Shown here: piece after piece, positions 1 through 11,583 of the stretch
How the letters are laid out: each line of letters begins with the position of its first letter
How positions within the stretch are numbered: the first letter of the stretch is position 1
Assembly (NCBI GenBank): GCA_045401115.1
Contig: CP174359.1
Coordinates: 652,667-716,666, forward strand
Source of the DNA: Candidatus Phycocordibacter aenigmaticus
GTDB taxonomy: Bacteria > Patescibacteriota > Minisyncoccia > Phycocordibacterales > Phycocordibacteraceae
Length of the DNA: 64,000 nucleotides
Direction: 5' to 3'
The notes under the pieces: generated by a model
The model's database searches: none
Seen by the model: the letters and a program-made list of their open reading frames with translations, nothing else
Told to the model about the DNA's origin: nothing
Made by a program: the position numbers and the translations under genes

Positions 1-3000
1 CATCAGGAAGTATAACCACAACCTTTGTATTGTCTTCGGTGCGAATTTCTGACACTTCTCCTGATACTTGTGACACGATACCTGAACCCTTCGGTGGTCG
101 TTTGTCGAAGAGTTCTTCAACACGCGGCAAACCATGGGTGATGTCACCACCAGCTGTTGCAGTACCACCAGAGTGGAACGTACGCATAGTAAGCTGTGTA
201 CCCGGCTCACCAATAGCCTGAGCAGCAACAGTACCCACCGCTTCACCAAGGTCGATAAGATTACGGTTTGTTAAATCAATACCGTAACAAAGCTGACAAA
301 TACCGCGATTTGATTCACACGTCATTGGTGACCGTGCAAAGATTTCTTCAATACCCGCGTCACGAATTTCTTGCGCAATTTCCTGGGTAATCAATGTACC
401 TCGTTTGAACGATACACCTTTTTCATCGATCGCTTTTGCAAGCACACGACCGAAGATAAGTTTTGCAAGATCGGCTTCCATACCGCTTGGCCGAACTTTC
501 TTAATTGAGACACCTTCTTTCGTACCACAGTCATGCTGAGACACCACGACATCTTGCGCGACGTCAAACAAACGACGTGTCAAATATCCAGCTGATGCTG
601 TCTTAAGTGCGGTGTCTGAAAGACCTTTTCGTGAACCGTGTGTGGTCGTAAAGTACTCGGTTGGGGTAAGCCCCTCTTTCATACCGGAGACAATTGGGAA
701 CTCGATGACTTCACCTCGGGTGTTGTTCATAAGACCCTTCATACCGGTCATCTGCACCAAGTTACCAGTTGAACCACGAGCACCTGACTGAATGATGGTC
801 GCGACCGATGAATGTGGATCCATAGATGGAACCACGTGTTGCTCAAGATCGGTTTTCGCTTTCATCCAAAGTTCAATTGAGAGACGTACACGCTCTTCTT
901 TTGTCAGCAAACCTTGGTCATACTGCTCTCTAATTGACTTCACTTCTTCGAACGCTTTGTCGATAATATCTTGTTTCTCTTTCGGAGTCTTAAGATCATC
1001 GATACTCCAACTAATACCCGAATGCGTTGCAAATCGGAAACCAAACGTTTTAATCTTATCGAGAATTGCAGGAATTTCTTCCAAACCGTATTTCTTAATA
1101 AGGTCGTTTACCAATGCAGATAATTTACCTTTAGTAATCTCTTCGTTCACGTACGGATAATCAGACGGTAGGATCGAGTTAAAGAGCAGACGTCCAACCG
1201 ATGTTTCAAATCGTTCGCCGTTAAATATGTCGTAGCGTTTTGTTTGAGATGGCTGTACCCATACTTTTGCTTGAAGGGCGATATCACCAAAGTCATGCGC
1301 GAGGATGGTGTTGTTAGGAGTCGCAAAGTATTTTCCTTCACCTTTTACTCCTTCAACAATACGGGTCATCCAGTACACACCAAGTGCGATGTCATGACTT
1401 GTGGCGACAACCGGATCTCCTGATCCCGGCTTGAGCACGTTACGATTCGCGGACATGATAGTCTTTGCTTCAAGCTGTGCTTCTTCAGAAAGAGGCACGT
1501 GTACCGCCATTTGGTCACCATCAAAGTCAGCGTTAAACGCCGGACAAACGAGTGGATGTAGTTGAATAGCATTACCTTCAATCAGGATTGGACGGAATGC
1601 TTGGATACCTTGGCGGTGAAGTGTCGGTGCACGGTTTAGAAGTACGTATTTACCTTCAATCACCTCTTCAAGAATCGCCCATACTTCGGGGATGCCTTCT
1701 TCAATAAGGCGTCCTGCTCCACGAATATTATGTGCAAGATCGCGCGCAATTAGACGTGAGATAACAAACGGACGGAAGAGTTCAAGCGCCATGTGTTTTG
1801 GTAGACCACACTCGTCAAGTGAAAGTTCCGGACCAACGACAATGACTGAGCGGCCTGAGTAGTCAACACGCTTACCAAGCAAGTTGAAACGGAAGTATCC
1901 CTGTTTACCTTTAAGATAATCGGCGAGTGATTTCAGTGGTCGCTTCTGCGCTGATGAGCCCGGTGAGAATGCACTACCGCCACGGCGAATAGAATTATCA
2001 AGCAGGGCATCAACCGCTTCCTGCAAGATACGCTTTTCGTTACGCAAAATAACGTCAGGCGCGTGAATGTCACGAAGCTTGGTGAGTCGGTTGTTACGGT
2101 TAATAACACGACGGTAGAGGTCGTTCACGTCACTTGTTGCATGGCGACCTGAGTCAAGCGCCACCATAGGACGAAGTGCTGGTGGGGTTACAGGAATCCG
2201 GGTAAGGAACATCCATTCAGGACGTACTCCTGCTGCGTGCATTGAGCGCACTAACGTGAGTCGTTTGTTCAACTTTTCACGCTCAGCAGCACCTGCTTTT
2301 TCAAGACGCTCTTCAAGTTTCCCAATGAACTTATCGAAATCAATTTTCTTAAAGAGTTCATAAATCGCTTCTGCACCAATACCTGCTTCAAAGAATGTGC
2401 CGTACTTCACTGAGAAGCGGTGGTAATCAATCTCATCAAGCACGATACCTTCACGAATTGATTCAATGTCTGACTTTGCTTCAAGCATGCGCTTCTTGAG
2501 CTCTGCCTGTGCCTTTTCATTCGTTATAGTCTTTAGCTTGGTTTTGTATTCGCTTTCAAGCTCTTTAACTAAACGATTACGTTCACCTTCGTTCACCTTG
2601 GTTACAATGTAGCCGGCAAAGTAAATCACTTTTTCAGCATCAGCTGCGGTGACACCAAGAATAAGGGCGATACGACTCGGTACACTGCGAAGGAACCAAA
2701 TGTGCGCTACGGGAGTAATGAGTTCAATGTGCGCCATGCGTTCACGACGTACCACTGAGCGCGTTACCTCGACACCACATTTTTCACAAATAATGCCGCG
2801 GAAACGTACTCCTTTGTATTTGCCACAGTAACATTCGAAATCCTTGTCCGGACCAAAGATGCGTTCGTCGAACAGACCGTCTTTTTCAGATCGTTGTGTT
2901 CGATAGTTGATTGTTTCTGGTTTTCGTACTTCACCCCACGACCAGTCAAGAATACGTTCAGGACTTGCCAATAGGAGTTGCATCCAATCGAAGTCTGATG

Positions 3001-3031
3001 TATCCGGTATTGATCCTCGTTTTTGTTCCAT
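1..3031 (-). CDS. rpoC: DNA-directed RNA polymerase subunit beta' (partial; C-terminus lies beyond window start)
   Basis: Reverse-complement from ATG at 3031..3029 translates [16 protein letters not shown]...[15 protein letters not shown]..., the conserved beta' N-terminus with its zinc-finger region. The ORF runs off the window edge and lies directly downstream of rpoB, the canonical order. Confidence 0.9.
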   Translation of the reverse strand, partial: MEQKRGSIPDTSDFDWMQLLLASPERILDWSWGEVRKPETINYRTQRSEKDGLFDERIFGPDKDFECYCGKYKGVRFRGIICEKCGVEVTRSVVRRERMAHIELITPVAHIWFLRSVPSRIALILGVTAADAEKVIYFAGYIVTKVNEGERNRLVKELESEYKTKLKTITNEKAQAELKKRMLEAKSDIESIREGIVLDEIDYHRFSVKYGTFFEAGIGAEAIYELFKKIDFDKFIGKLEERLEKAGAAEREKLNKRLTLVRSMHAAGVRPEWMFLTRIPVTPPALRPMVALDSGRHATSDVNDLYRRVINRNNRLTKLRDIHAPDVILRNEKRILQEAVDALLDNSIRRGGSAFSPGSSAQKRPLKSLADYLKGKQGYFRFNLLGKRVDYSGRSVIVVGPELSLDECGLPKHMALELFRPFVISRLIARDLAHNIRGAGRLIEEGIPEVWAILEEVIEGKYVLLNRAPTLHRQGIQAFRPILIEGNAIQLHPLVCPAFNADFDGDQMAVHVPLSEEAQLEAKTIMSANRNVLKPGSGDPVVATSHDIALGVYWMTRIVEGVKGEGKYFATPNNTILAHDFGDIALQAKVWVQPSQTKRYDIFNGERFETSVGRLLFNSILPSDYPYVNEEITKGKLSALVNDLIKKYGLEEIPAILDKIKTFGFRFATHSGISWSIDDLKTPKEKQDIIDKAFEEVKSIREQYDQGLLTKEERVRLSIELWMKAKTDLEQHVVPSMDPHSSVATIIQSGARGSTGNLVQMTGMKGLMNNTRGEVIEFPIVSGMKEGLTPTEYFTTTHGSRKGLSDTALKTASAGYLTRRLFDVAQDVVVSQHDCGTKEGVSIKKVRPSGMEADLAKLIFGRVLAKAIDEKGVSFKRGTLITQEIAQEIRDAGIEEIFARSPMTCESNRGICQLCYGIDLTNRNLIDLGEAVGTVAAQAIGEPGTQLTMRTFHSGGTATAGGDITHGLPRVEELFDKRPPKGSGIVSQVSGEVSEIRTEDNTKVVVILPD

Positions 3032-3054
3032 AATACTTTTTTTATCTTTGGCGA

Positions 3055-6000
3055 CTAATTACTGCGACTTTGTGTATCCTCATGTTCGTCATTCTTACCA
3101 AGAACAACGTTCAAACAAAGACCACGAAGTTGGTTTAAGAGCACATTGAACGATGCCGGTGTATGTACATGTTCAATAGTCTTACCTTTTACAATGGCGT
3201 CAAACGCGGCACTCCGACCTTGAATGTCGTCTGACTTAATAGTGAGCATTTCTCGCAGCGTATAAGCCGCGCCATATCCAAGAAGCGCCCAGACTTCCAT
3301 TTCTCCAAACCGTTGCCCTCCGTTTTGAGCCTTACCTCCGAGAGGTTGCTGTGTAATGAGAGAGTACGGACCAATAGAGCGCATGTGAATTTTATCTTCA
3401 ACCATGTGGTGAAGTTTTAGAACATACATGTAACCGACAGTAACGTTTTGTTCAAACGCTGAACCTGTACGTCCGTCATACAACGGTACAGTACCGCTTG
3501 GATCAAATCCTGCCTCTACTAATTCACTGCGAATCTCCTCTTCAGTAGCACCAGCGAACGGCGGTACAACTGCTTGGTAACCAAGCGTGTGTGCGGCAAG
3601 ACCCAAGTGAACTTCGAGAATTTGCCCAAGGTTCATACGACTTGGCACACCCAATGGAGTTAAAATGATGTCCACCGGTTCACCATCTTCGGTATATGGC
3701 ATATCTTCAATAGGAAGCACTTTTGAAATAACACCTTTGTTACCGTGACGACCAGCAAGCTTATCACCCACTGTCACGTTACGTACTTGCGCTACTGTCA
3801 CATAAATCTTCTTGATGGTTCCTGATTCAAGTGAATCACCACGCTCACGTGAGAATACTTTTACACCAACAACACGACCACGTTTACCACCTTCTAAACG
3901 TAAACTTGTGTCTTTTACATCTTTTGCCTTCTCACCGAAGATAGAACGAAGAAGACGTTCTTCTGGTGTGAGTTGCGTTTCTCCTTTTGGTGTAACTTTA
4001 CCTACAAGAATGTCTCCAGTACGCACTTCTGCACCGATACGCACAACACCCTCTTCATCAAGGTTCCGTAAGCGTGTTTCAGAAACATTAGGGATATCAG
4101 GAGTGGTCATTTCCGGACCAAGTTTGGTGTCACGCACCGCGACTTCAAATTCCTCCATGTGAATGGTTGAGAATTTACTCTCACGAACCAAACGCTCAGA
4201 AATAATAATAGCGTCTTCATAGTTGGCACCTGCCCAACTCATAAATGCTACTCGAACATTTTGTCCAAGCGCAAGCTGTCCACGATCAGTTGATGAGCCG
4301 TCAGCAAGCAATTCGCCACGTTTTACTTTTTGATCCAATGATACGGCAGGACGATGATAAAACGCTGAGAATTCATTCGTCATTGAGAATGGCTGTAAGC
4401 GATACTCACGGGTTTTACCTTTTTCGTTCTTAACCGCAACATGATTTGCATCAACTGCAGTGACCGTACCTGCTTCGTCGGCATATACCAAACGACCTGT
4501 GTCACGTGCTGCTGTTTCTTCCATACCAGTTGCTACAAGCGGTGCTTCGGCAACCACACATGGTGTTGCCTGCTTCTGCATGTTTGAACCCATGAGCGCG
4601 CGGTTTGCATCGTCGTTTTCAACAAACGGGATAAGCGATGTGGCAATTGAAAACATTTGATTAGTAGCGACATCAATATATTCCACTTCTTTTTTAGGAG
4701 TGAGCGTTGGTTCACCGTTGCGTCGTGCCTCAATAGTGTCACCAATAAGTTCACCTTTTTCATTCATTGGAACTGCAGCATGCGCAATCGAAACACGTTC
4801 CTCTTCAAATGCATTAAGATACTCAATCTTGTCGGTAACCACACCATTTTCTACTTTTGCGTATGGTGTTTCAATAATACCGAATTCATTAATTTCAGCA
4901 TACGCGGTCAAACGAAGGATCAAACCAATGTTTTGTCCTTCTGGAGTCTGGATTGGACAAAGACGACCATAGTGTGATGTGTGTACGTCACGTACTTCAA
5001 AACCGGCACGTTCACGTGTGAGACCACCGGGTCCAAGCGCTGAAACAGTACGAAGTTCTTCAAGTTCCTCAAGAATGTTTTGCTGTTTACCGAGTTGTGA
5101 AAGTGAGTTTGCAGTAAAGAATTCTTTAATTGCCGCAGCAAGTGGGCGCGGGTTTACAATCTGAATCGGAAGTGAAGTTTCCACGTCGATAGTCGACATT
5201 CTGTCTTGAATGTTGCGCTTCATACGTGAGAGACCAACACGAACACGTGTTTCCATAAGTTCACCGATTTGGCGAACACGACGAAAACCAAGATGGTCAA
5301 TATCATCTGGCTCAGCATGCGGCGTATTATTCAATTCAACGATATGACCGATAATAGTGATCATGTCTTCAAGAGAAAGAGTACGTCTGTCGAGTGATTT
5401 CTCATCCATAGGAAGATCAAATCGTTGATTGAAACGATGTCGACCAGGATACGAAATGTCATATCGCTCTTTTGAGAAGAGTCCAAGTACGTAATCACGT
5501 GCAGTATCAGGGGTCGCTAAGTCGCCATCACGAAGACGTTTATAGATCTCAATAAAAGCCTCTCCTTGCGTTTCAGCTGAGTCTTTTTCAAGCGTTGCTT
5601 GAATTGCCGCTTTACCATGTGGCACACGGTCAAACAGTGAAAGAATGTCTCGGTCATAGGTTGCGCCGAGAATACGAAGCAATGATGTTGCGGGGAATTT
5701 TCGCTTACGGTCAATTTTGATGAAGATTGCACCATCAGGCTCTGACTCAAGTTCAATCCATGCGCCGCGCGCAGGAATAATCTTTGCACCAAAACAACGC
5801 GTTCCTTTTACTTCTTGTACCGTAAAGAACACACCGAATGAACGGGCAAGCTGCGGCACAATAATACGCTCAACACCGTTAATGATGAATGTTCCATGAC
5901 TTGTCATCATCGGAATGTCAGCTAAGAATACCGATTGTTCTTTTTCCGTACCAAGTTGTTTATTAATAAGTTTAACCGTCGCTTTCACTGGAGCGTCGTA

Positions 6001-6246
6001 GGTCATCTTATTTTCCTTGGCAGTGTATTCATCTACCTTTGGTTCACCAACCTCATAACCAGTAAAGGCAAGTTGGAATTTTTTCTTTGAGTAATCGTCA
6101 ACCGGAGAGAACTCTTTAAGAAGATTTGGAATACCTTCACCTAAAAAGGTATTAAAACTCTCTACCTGCGGAGCAACGAGGTCTGGCATTGGCACCCGGG
6201 CCTCTCGATAGCGCTTAAAGCGCTTTTGTGTAATATTTTTTCCCAT
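3055..6246 (-). CDS. rpoB: DNA-directed RNA polymerase subunit beta
   Basis: 1115-aa ORF in the supplied track. The conserved N-terminus [31 protein letters not shown] begins at an internal ATG (6246..6244), so the start is trimmed to it. Beta-subunit motifs are present throughout. Confidence 0.93.
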   Translation of the reverse strand: MGKNITQKRFKRYREARVPMPDLVAPQVESFNTFLGEGIPNLLKEFSPVDDYSKKKFQLAFTGYEVGEPKVDEYTAKENKMTYDAPVKATVKLINKQLGTEKEQSVFLADIPMMTSHGTFIINGVERIIVPQLARSFGVFFTVQEVKGTRCFGAKIIPARGAWIELESEPDGAIFIKIDRKRKFPATSLLRILGATYDRDILSLFDRVPHGKAAIQATLEKDSAETQGEAFIEIYKRLRDGDLATPDTARDYVLGLFSKERYDISYPGRHRFNQRFDLPMDEKSLDRRTLSLEDMITIIGHIVELNNTPHAEPDDIDHLGFRRVRQIGELMETRVRVGLSRMKRNIQDRMSTIDVETSLPIQIVNPRPLAAAIKEFFTANSLSQLGKQQNILEELEELRTVSALGPGGLTRERAGFEVRDVHTSHYGRLCPIQTPEGQNIGLILRLTAYAEINEFGIIETPYAKVENGVVTDKIEYLNAFEEERVSIAHAAVPMNEKGELIGDTIEARRNGEPTLTPKKEVEYIDVATNQMFSIATSLIPFVENDDANRALMGSNMQKQATPCVVAEAPLVATGMEETAARDTGRLVYADEAGTVTAVDANHVAVKNEKGKTREYRLQPFSMTNEFSAFYHRPAVSLDQKVKRGELLADGSSTDRGQLALGQNVRVAFMSWAGANYEDAIIISERLVRESKFSTIHMEEFEVAVRDTKLGPEMTTPDIPNVSETRLRNLDEEGVVRIGAEVRTGDILVGKVTPKGETQLTPEERLLRSIFGEKAKDVKDTSLRLEGGKRGRVVGVKVFSRERGDSLESGTIKKIYVTVAQVRNVTVGDKLAGRHGNKGVISKVLPIEDMPYTEDGEPVDIILTPLGVPSRMNLGQILEVHLGLAAHTLGYQAVVPPFAGATEEEIRSELVEAGFDPSGTVPLYDGRTGSAFEQNVTVGYMYVLKLHHMVEDKIHMRSIGPYSLITQQPLGGKAQNGGQRFGEMEVWALLGYGAAYTLREMLTIKSDDIQGRSAAFDAIVKGKTIEHVHTPASFNVLLNQLRGLCLNVVLGKNDEHEDTQSRSN

Positions 6247-6426
6247 AACGCAAGAGAAAACGCATAAAGCCCCCACTCGCGGGCCTGCGCCTTTGTATAA
6301 ATTTATGAATAACTCGTGATTTAAACTGCTCTCTCCCCCGGAACTCAATCGAATCTGTGTATGAAGCCTATCATACGTGGCATATCTATTCCCGTCAAGC
6401 AACGAGAATGTGGATACATAACCAAC

Positions 6427-7077
6427 CTACTGTTCACCCGCTTCCCGACGCCAACGATCTATTTCGGCATGGTTCCCAGAAAGGAGTACCTGAGGGACTG
6501 CGTACTTTTTTCCTTTCCATATGAGAATCTCGGGACGAGTATACGTTTCCGACGAAGCAACTCTTTCTTCTTCCACCGACTCAAATTTTCCTAATACTCC
6601 GGGAATCTGACGGCTTATTACATCAATAACCACCAGTGCCGGCAACTCGCCACCAGTGAGTGTATATGAACCAATAGAAAGCTTACGTGCTTTGAGAATC
6701 TTTTGCACACGCGCATCTACGCCTTCATACCTACCACAAATAAGAATAATATGTTTCTTCTTCCCTACTAATTTCCGCGCATAGACATTTGAAAAATCCT
6801 CACCAGAGGCATCGAAGAAAATAATTTCTACATTTTTTCTATCCTTCCTACCGAGCGCTTTATCAACCGCCCGTAATACGCTTTCCGCTTCGAGCACCAT
6901 ACCGGGACCACCACCATAAGGTTTTTGGTCAACACGGCGATGTTTATCCTTGGTAAAATCCCGTGGATTATAAAAAGAAACTTTTATTTTCTTATCGGTA
7001 ATTGCTCTACCAATAATGGATGTACCTATATACGAATCAAACGATTCTGGAAACAGTGTGACGACGTGGAAGTGCAT
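6427..7077 (-). CDS. trmD: tRNA (guanine37-N1)-methyltransferase
   Basis: 216 aa. MHFHVVTLFPESF...YGGGPGMVL...RYEGVDARV matches the TrmD SPOUT family. Confidence 0.9.
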   Translation of the reverse strand: MHFHVVTLFPESFDSYIGTSIIGRAITDKKIKVSFYNPRDFTKDKHRRVDQKPYGGGPGMVLEAESVLRAVDKALGRKDRKNVEIIFFDASGEDFSNVYARKLVGKKKHIILICGRYEGVDARVQKILKARKLSIGSYTLTGGELPALVVIDVISRQIPGVLGKFESVEEERVASSETYTRPEILIWKGKKYAVPQVLLSGNHAEIDRWRREAGEQ

Positions 7078-7146
7078 AGGGACAGTATATAGTAGATAGT
7101 AAGTAGAAGGTAGAAGGTGAAAAGTGGTCGGTGGTAGGTAGAAAGA

Positions 7147-7176
7147 AAAACCCTCGCCGCGGCGAGGGTTTTAAGT
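7147..7176. terminator. GC-rich perfect palindrome (aaaccctcgccgcggcgagggtttt) flanked by A/T runs; bidirectional intrinsic terminator
   Basis: Read directly from the sequence. It lies between the KH-protein gene end and trmD. Confidence 0.6.
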
Positions 7177-7204
7177 TGTTCTTTTCAACTTTTCAGCGCA
7201 ATCT

Positions 7205-7519
7205 TTAGAGCTTGAGATCTTCAAGTGCCTCATCAACACTCTTTGAAGCTGACGGGTGACTTGCGTGTCCAGTACCACCTTCAGGTTCACTAATTTTGAG
7301 ATTAACGCGTGCATTGTGCTTCATACCTACCACACGAAGAAGGATGCGGATCGCTTTGGCAGTGTTGCCTGAACGACCAATAACTTTACCCATATCGGCA
7401 GGATTAACATCGAGCGTTAAAAGGACTCCCATTTCATCTACTTGGCGTTTTACCTTTACATCGTCCGGATTATCAACCAACGTTTTAACAACGTATTCAA
7501 GAAATTCTTGGTCTTGCAT
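7205..7519 (-). CDS. KH-domain RNA-binding protein (YlqC/UPF0109 family)
   Basis: MQDQEFLEYVVKTLVDNPDDVKV...GKVIGRSGNTAKAIR is a KH motif. It sits between rpsP and trmD as in the conserved rpsP-KH-(rimM)-trmD operon. Start trimmed to the ATG at 7519. Confidence 0.8.
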   Translation of the reverse strand: MQDQEFLEYVVKTLVDNPDDVKVKRQVDEMGVLLTLDVNPADMGKVIGRSGNTAKAIRILLRVVGMKHNARVNLKISEPEGGTGHASHPSASKSVDEALEDLKL

Positions 7520-7663
7520 ATCTGTAATAGCTTTTCTGTTTAAGGGATAATAACTGGAGTATGCCGTGAAAAACAAAAAAAGTCAAAGTGTATACGAATG
7601 CACAGCTGACCGAGCCACCGGTACTGATGACGGACGTCGGACGTCCGTCATATAAAAACACTA

Positions 7664-7690
7664 CGTGATTTGTAGTGTTATGTGTAGCGC
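7664..7690 (-). terminator. Weak hairpin (acactac..gtagtgt) plus T-run on the minus strand, downstream of rpsP
   Basis: 7-bp AT-rich stem followed by TTTTT on the minus strand. A nearby 11-bp perfect palindrome (gacggacgtcggacgtccgtc, about 7634..7656) has no T-run. Confidence 0.3.
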
Positions 7691-7705
7691 TATGTTACAG
7701 GAGTG

Positions 7706-8173
7706 TTATGATGCTGTCTTTTCTGCCTCTTCTGAAGGCTGATCATCCTCAGGTGCCGCCTCTTCTGTTTTTTCTTCTTCAGCAGCAGGAGTAGACGCTT
7801 CTTCTGATGATGTATCAGCTGCACCTTCATCTGCTTCTGATGATTCTGACTCAGTAGCATCAGAAGGATCCTGTTCTTCTTCTACTTCTTCTTTTACGAT
7901 AGGAGTCTTCTTAGGAAGCACGTTCACCTTTTCTCCTTTAATGATTCCTTGAGAAACCAATAAATTATGGACTGTGCCTGAAGCCTTGGCGCCGTGTGAA
8001 AGCCAATGTTGAACCGCTTCAGCGTCAATAGAAGTTTGTTTTGTTTTTGGATGATGTGAACCAACTACAGCAACATTGCGACCAGCACGTGGAGATGCAG
8101 TATGTTCAGCAACCACAATACGAAATGCGGGGTCATTACGCCTACCAGTACGTTGAAATCGAATCTTTAACAT
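7706..8173 (-). CDS. rpsP: 30S ribosomal protein S16 with a long acidic Glu/Ser-rich C-terminal extension
   Basis: N-terminus MLKIRFQRTGRRNDPAFRIVVAEH is canonical S16. The last ~70 aa are low-complexity and acidic. Confidence 0.9.
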   Translation of the reverse strand: MLKIRFQRTGRRNDPAFRIVVAEHTASPRAGRNVAVVGSHHPKTKQTSIDAEAVQHWLSHGAKASGTVHNLLVSQGIIKGEKVNVLPKKTPIVKEEVEEEQDPSDATESESSEADEGAADTSSEEASTPAAEEEKTEEAAPEDDQPSEEAEKTAS

Positions 8174-8324
8174 GTGCCGAGAACTATAGCCTGTTTATGG
8201 AAAAATGACAACCCCATTCCCCACTCAGTATCCCCACTGCAGATTGAGCTACGGAAAAAACAAAAGAGGAATTCTATGTGGTATTTATTGTGTCAAAAGA
8301 AGTGTAAGGGTATAGTGCAAGGTA

Positions 8325-10253
8325 GTGAATACAAAACATACAGACTCACAGGGGAAATTAAGTGGCGTGATTCAGGTTACTAAAAGCGGTAAGGGTTTTC
8401 TCTTGCAAAGCGATACAGATGATATTGAGATTCCGCAAGAATGGGTACATACTGCCCTTTCTGGTGACGTGGTTGAAATAGCACGACAACGTAAATACGG
8501 AAAACTCATGGGGCGCGTAGTGCGTGTCATTGAACGAAAGACCTCGTCTTTTGTTGGTGAATTAGTAAATACACCAAAAGGTGTACAGCTGAAACCTGAC
8601 AATGGCCGCATCCATTTTAATTTTGCTATTGAAGGAACACCAGGAACAGGCGTTGGTAATAAAGTCGTCGGCTCTGTTGTTGAGTGGGAGTCAACACCAC
8701 CACGCGTCAAAATAGAGCGCGTGCTTGGCCCGGCTGGTGACCATGAAACCGAGATGCACGCAATTCTCGTTGAGCGTGGCTTCGAAAGTGACTTCCCACC
8801 TTCAGTTAAAAAAGCGGCTGATGAATTATATGAAAATGCATGGGATGAAAAAGAAATCGCTACACGTGAAGATTTTAGAGACACATGCACACTCACTATT
8901 GACCCTGAGGATGCTAAGGACTTCGATGACGCTATCTCCCTTAAAGAACTCCCCGACGGTTCATTCGAGGTAGGTGTGCATATTGCTGACGTATCTCATT
9001 TTGTTCAGCCAGGCGGTGCAATCGACCGCGAAGCATATGACCGTGGCACTTCCGTATACCTTGTTGACCGCACCATCCCTATGCTGCCGCCACAACTCTC
9101 AGAGGACCTTTGTAGCTTACGTCCCGAGGTTGACCGTCTCGCTTTCTCGGCAATTTTTACCATCAATACAGACAACGAAGTAGTGGACCGACGTTTTGTC
9201 CGTGGCATTATTCGCTCACAAAAACGATTTGTATATGACGACGCTGATATTGCACTTAAGGACGCCGAAATTCCCTACCATAAAGAACTAAACCGCTTAT
9301 GGGATCTTGCCCGCACACTGCGCGAAAACCGTAAAAAAGAAGGCGCTATCATGTTTGAGACGCCGGAAATTAAACCGGTACTCAATGAGAAAAATGAGGT
9401 ATCCGGATTTAAAACATCTGAATACACCGAGAGCCATCAGTTGATTGAAGAGCTCATGCTTCTGGCAAACCGAGAAGTTGCTTCGTTTGTTACTAACCGA
9501 CTTGGCAAAAAAAACTTACTCTTCATATATCGCGTTCATGACACTCCAGATACTGATCGGTTAGATGAACTTAGTGTATTCCTACGCGCTATTGGATACA
9601 ATCTAAAACAGTCGAAAGATGGAGTTTCTGTACAAGACCTCAATCAACTATTAATGGAAGCCAAAGGAACACCCGAAGAGCAACTTATCCAAACAGCGAC
9701 TGTACGCACAATGTCAAAAGCAATCTATGCTACTAAGAATATTGGTCACTTTGGTCTCGCGTTTGCAAACTATACTCACTTTACGTCACCTATTCGGCGT
9801 TATCCCGACCTTATTGTGCATCGTATACTCGGCGATTTGATTGAAGGTAAAAAGATTACTATTGATCCTACGGTGCAAGCAGAACGCGCCATTCATACCA
9901 GTGCCCGCGAAGCTGCTGCCACTGAAGCTGAACGTACGAGCGTTAAACTTAAACAGGTAGAGTATTTTGCAAACCATATTGGCGAAGCACGAGAAGGAGT
10001 TGTGTCAGGAGTTACTGACTGGGGTATTTATATACGCGACAATGAAAGCGCTGCCGACGGTATGATTCGTCTCGCAACACTCAATGATGATCATTACACC
10101 CATGACCGTAAAACATTTTCAGTTATTGGAGAACGAACTGGAAAAAAAATCCAACTCGGTGACCCAGTAACTGTAGTAGTAGATGGCGTGAATATTGATG
10201 ACCGCACTATCGATTTTAAGTTAAAAGAGGCACATCCAAAGCACAGCAAGTAG
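8325..10253 (+). CDS. rnr: Ribonuclease R / RNase II-family 3'-5' exoribonuclease
   Basis: 642 aa. Cold-shock/OB N-region, then an RNB catalytic signature (HFGLAFANYTHFTSPIRRYPDLIVHRIL) and a C-terminal S1-like region. Confidence 0.85.
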   Translation: MNTKHTDSQGKLSGVIQVTKSGKGFLLQSDTDDIEIPQEWVHTALSGDVVEIARQRKYGKLMGRVVRVIERKTSSFVGELVNTPKGVQLKPDNGRIHFNFAIEGTPGTGVGNKVVGSVVEWESTPPRVKIERVLGPAGDHETEMHAILVERGFESDFPPSVKKAADELYENAWDEKEIATREDFRDTCTLTIDPEDAKDFDDAISLKELPDGSFEVGVHIADVSHFVQPGGAIDREAYDRGTSVYLVDRTIPMLPPQLSEDLCSLRPEVDRLAFSAIFTINTDNEVVDRRFVRGIIRSQKRFVYDDADIALKDAEIPYHKELNRLWDLARTLRENRKKEGAIMFETPEIKPVLNEKNEVSGFKTSEYTESHQLIEELMLLANREVASFVTNRLGKKNLLFIYRVHDTPDTDRLDELSVFLRAIGYNLKQSKDGVSVQDLNQLLMEAKGTPEEQLIQTATVRTMSKAIYATKNIGHFGLAFANYTHFTSPIRRYPDLIVHRILGDLIEGKKITIDPTVQAERAIHTSAREAAATEAERTSVKLKQVEYFANHIGEAREGVVSGVTDWGIYIRDNESAADGMIRLATLNDDHYTHDRKTFSVIGERTGKKIQLGDPVTVVVDGVNIDDRTIDFKLKEAHPKHSK

Positions 10254-10291
10254 AACGAGATTCCCCTATTACAGACTTGAGTATGTATATG

Positions 10292-11560
10292 TTATGTACG
10301 TAGTTTGTTAATGCGACCACGAGCACGCTCTGCTTCAATAATACGTTCTACGCCCACAGCAAATGCTGCTGTGCGAAATGAAGTTTCGTGTTTGTATGCA
10401 AAACGAGAGACTACCTGCCACGCCTCAGTCATCACATCAGTAAGCCTTTGATTCACTGATTCACGAGTCATAATTTCACCAGTTCGTGATGCAATCCATT
10501 CAAGATATGACGCGGTGACTCCACCAGCATTTGCCAAAATATCCGGTAATACAACTATGTTGCGTTCTTTTAAAACTGCGTCACCTGCAGCTGTTGTAGG
10601 ACCATTAGCAAGTTCAAGTACTGTATGGACACGCATCTCCTGAGCAACTGTGTCATTAATAACGCCATCAAGTGCTGCGGGTATTAAAATATCAGCGTCC
10701 ATCGTAAGTATTGCATCAGGTTCTCCGCATTGTATATCGTCATCGTCACATAAATCATGGAGAGAGCCACCTTCTTTTTTTATTTTCTCAAGGCGTTTTG
10801 GGTCAAGTCCGCTTTTACACTGCACAGATCCCTGGGAATCAGCAGCTCCCACGATACAGTACCCCTGTTCATGCAGAAGACATGCTGCAGTGGCACCTGC
10901 GTTACCAAAACCATGTACTGTTACCCGTACGTTTTGTGGATTGAGACCTTTTTCCTTTATGTATGCATTTAATACCACCACACCACCAAACGCAGTTGCT
11001 GTATCACGCCCAGGAATACCGCCAAGTGAAAGTGGTTTACCGGTGAAAGTTGCAGGAAGGTTTTTTTGAGCACGAGCTTCATATGCGTCTAGCATAACCC
11101 CCATTAAACGTGCGTTTGTGTACACATCAGGTGCTGGGATATCTTTATCAGGACCAAGTACATCAAAAAACGCGGAAGCATAGGCGCGAGCAACGGCATC
11201 AATTTCATCAGATGAATATTCTTTTGGGTTAAACATAACTCCCCCTTTACCTCCACCGAGTGGCACGCCAACAATTGCACATTTTATCGCCATCATTGCA
11301 CTCAGTGCTTTTACCTCATCTTCATCTGCCTTTGGATGAAAACGAATACCACCTTTGTATGGGCCACGTGCATTATTAAATTGCACACGATATGCCGGCA
11401 GTGATACTTCTTCTCCGTCATGCATTACCTGAAGCATGCGATGTTCAATAGTATTCGGGGTTAGTAAGCACATCCGCTCCGCTTCGGAGAGTTTAAGAAG
11501 TGCAGCAGCACTCTCAATATGTGCACAGTATTCATCAAATGGGTGCAGGGTGGCATTCAT
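10292..11560 (-). CDS. gdhA: Glutamate dehydrogenase (Glu/Leu/Phe/Val dehydrogenase family)
   Basis: 422 aa. KGGIRFHP and GVPLGGGKGG motifs and the overall ELFV-dehydrogenase architecture. Confidence 0.85.
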   Translation of the reverse strand: MNATLHPFDEYCAHIESAAALLKLSEAERMCLLTPNTIEHRMLQVMHDGEEVSLPAYRVQFNNARGPYKGGIRFHPKADEDEVKALSAMMAIKCAIVGVPLGGGKGGVMFNPKEYSSDEIDAVARAYASAFFDVLGPDKDIPAPDVYTNARLMGVMLDAYEARAQKNLPATFTGKPLSLGGIPGRDTATAFGGVVVLNAYIKEKGLNPQNVRVTVHGFGNAGATAACLLHEQGYCIVGAADSQGSVQCKSGLDPKRLEKIKKEGGSLHDLCDDDDIQCGEPDAILTMDADILIPAALDGVINDTVAQEMRVHTVLELANGPTTAAGDAVLKERNIVVLPDILANAGGVTASYLEWIASRTGEIMTRESVNQRLTDVMTEAWQVVSRFAYKHETSFRTAAFAVGVERIIEAERARGRINKLRT

Positions 11561-11583
11561 ACCTTTAGCATACTGCTCCTTTT

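Noticed and set aside
3812-5164. Several 60-116-aa ORFs on the plus strand inside rpoB (and similar ones inside rnr, gdh, smc, dnaE, gyrB)
   Set aside because: They are fully embedded antisense to or out of frame with strongly supported conserved genes, and have no recognisable motifs. Typical shadow ORFs.
7090-7145. GTAG/GGTAG-rich low-complexity stretch (agtagatagtaagtagaaggtagaaggtg...ggtaggtagaaag)
   Set aside because: It is a short simple-sequence tract in the trmD/KH intergenic region, directly adjacent to a terminator palindrome. Nothing suggests function beyond spacer sequence.
8174-8383. 69-aa ORF upstream of rnr
   Set aside because: It lies in the rpsP/rnr divergent promoter region, overlaps the rnr start, and has no conserved features.
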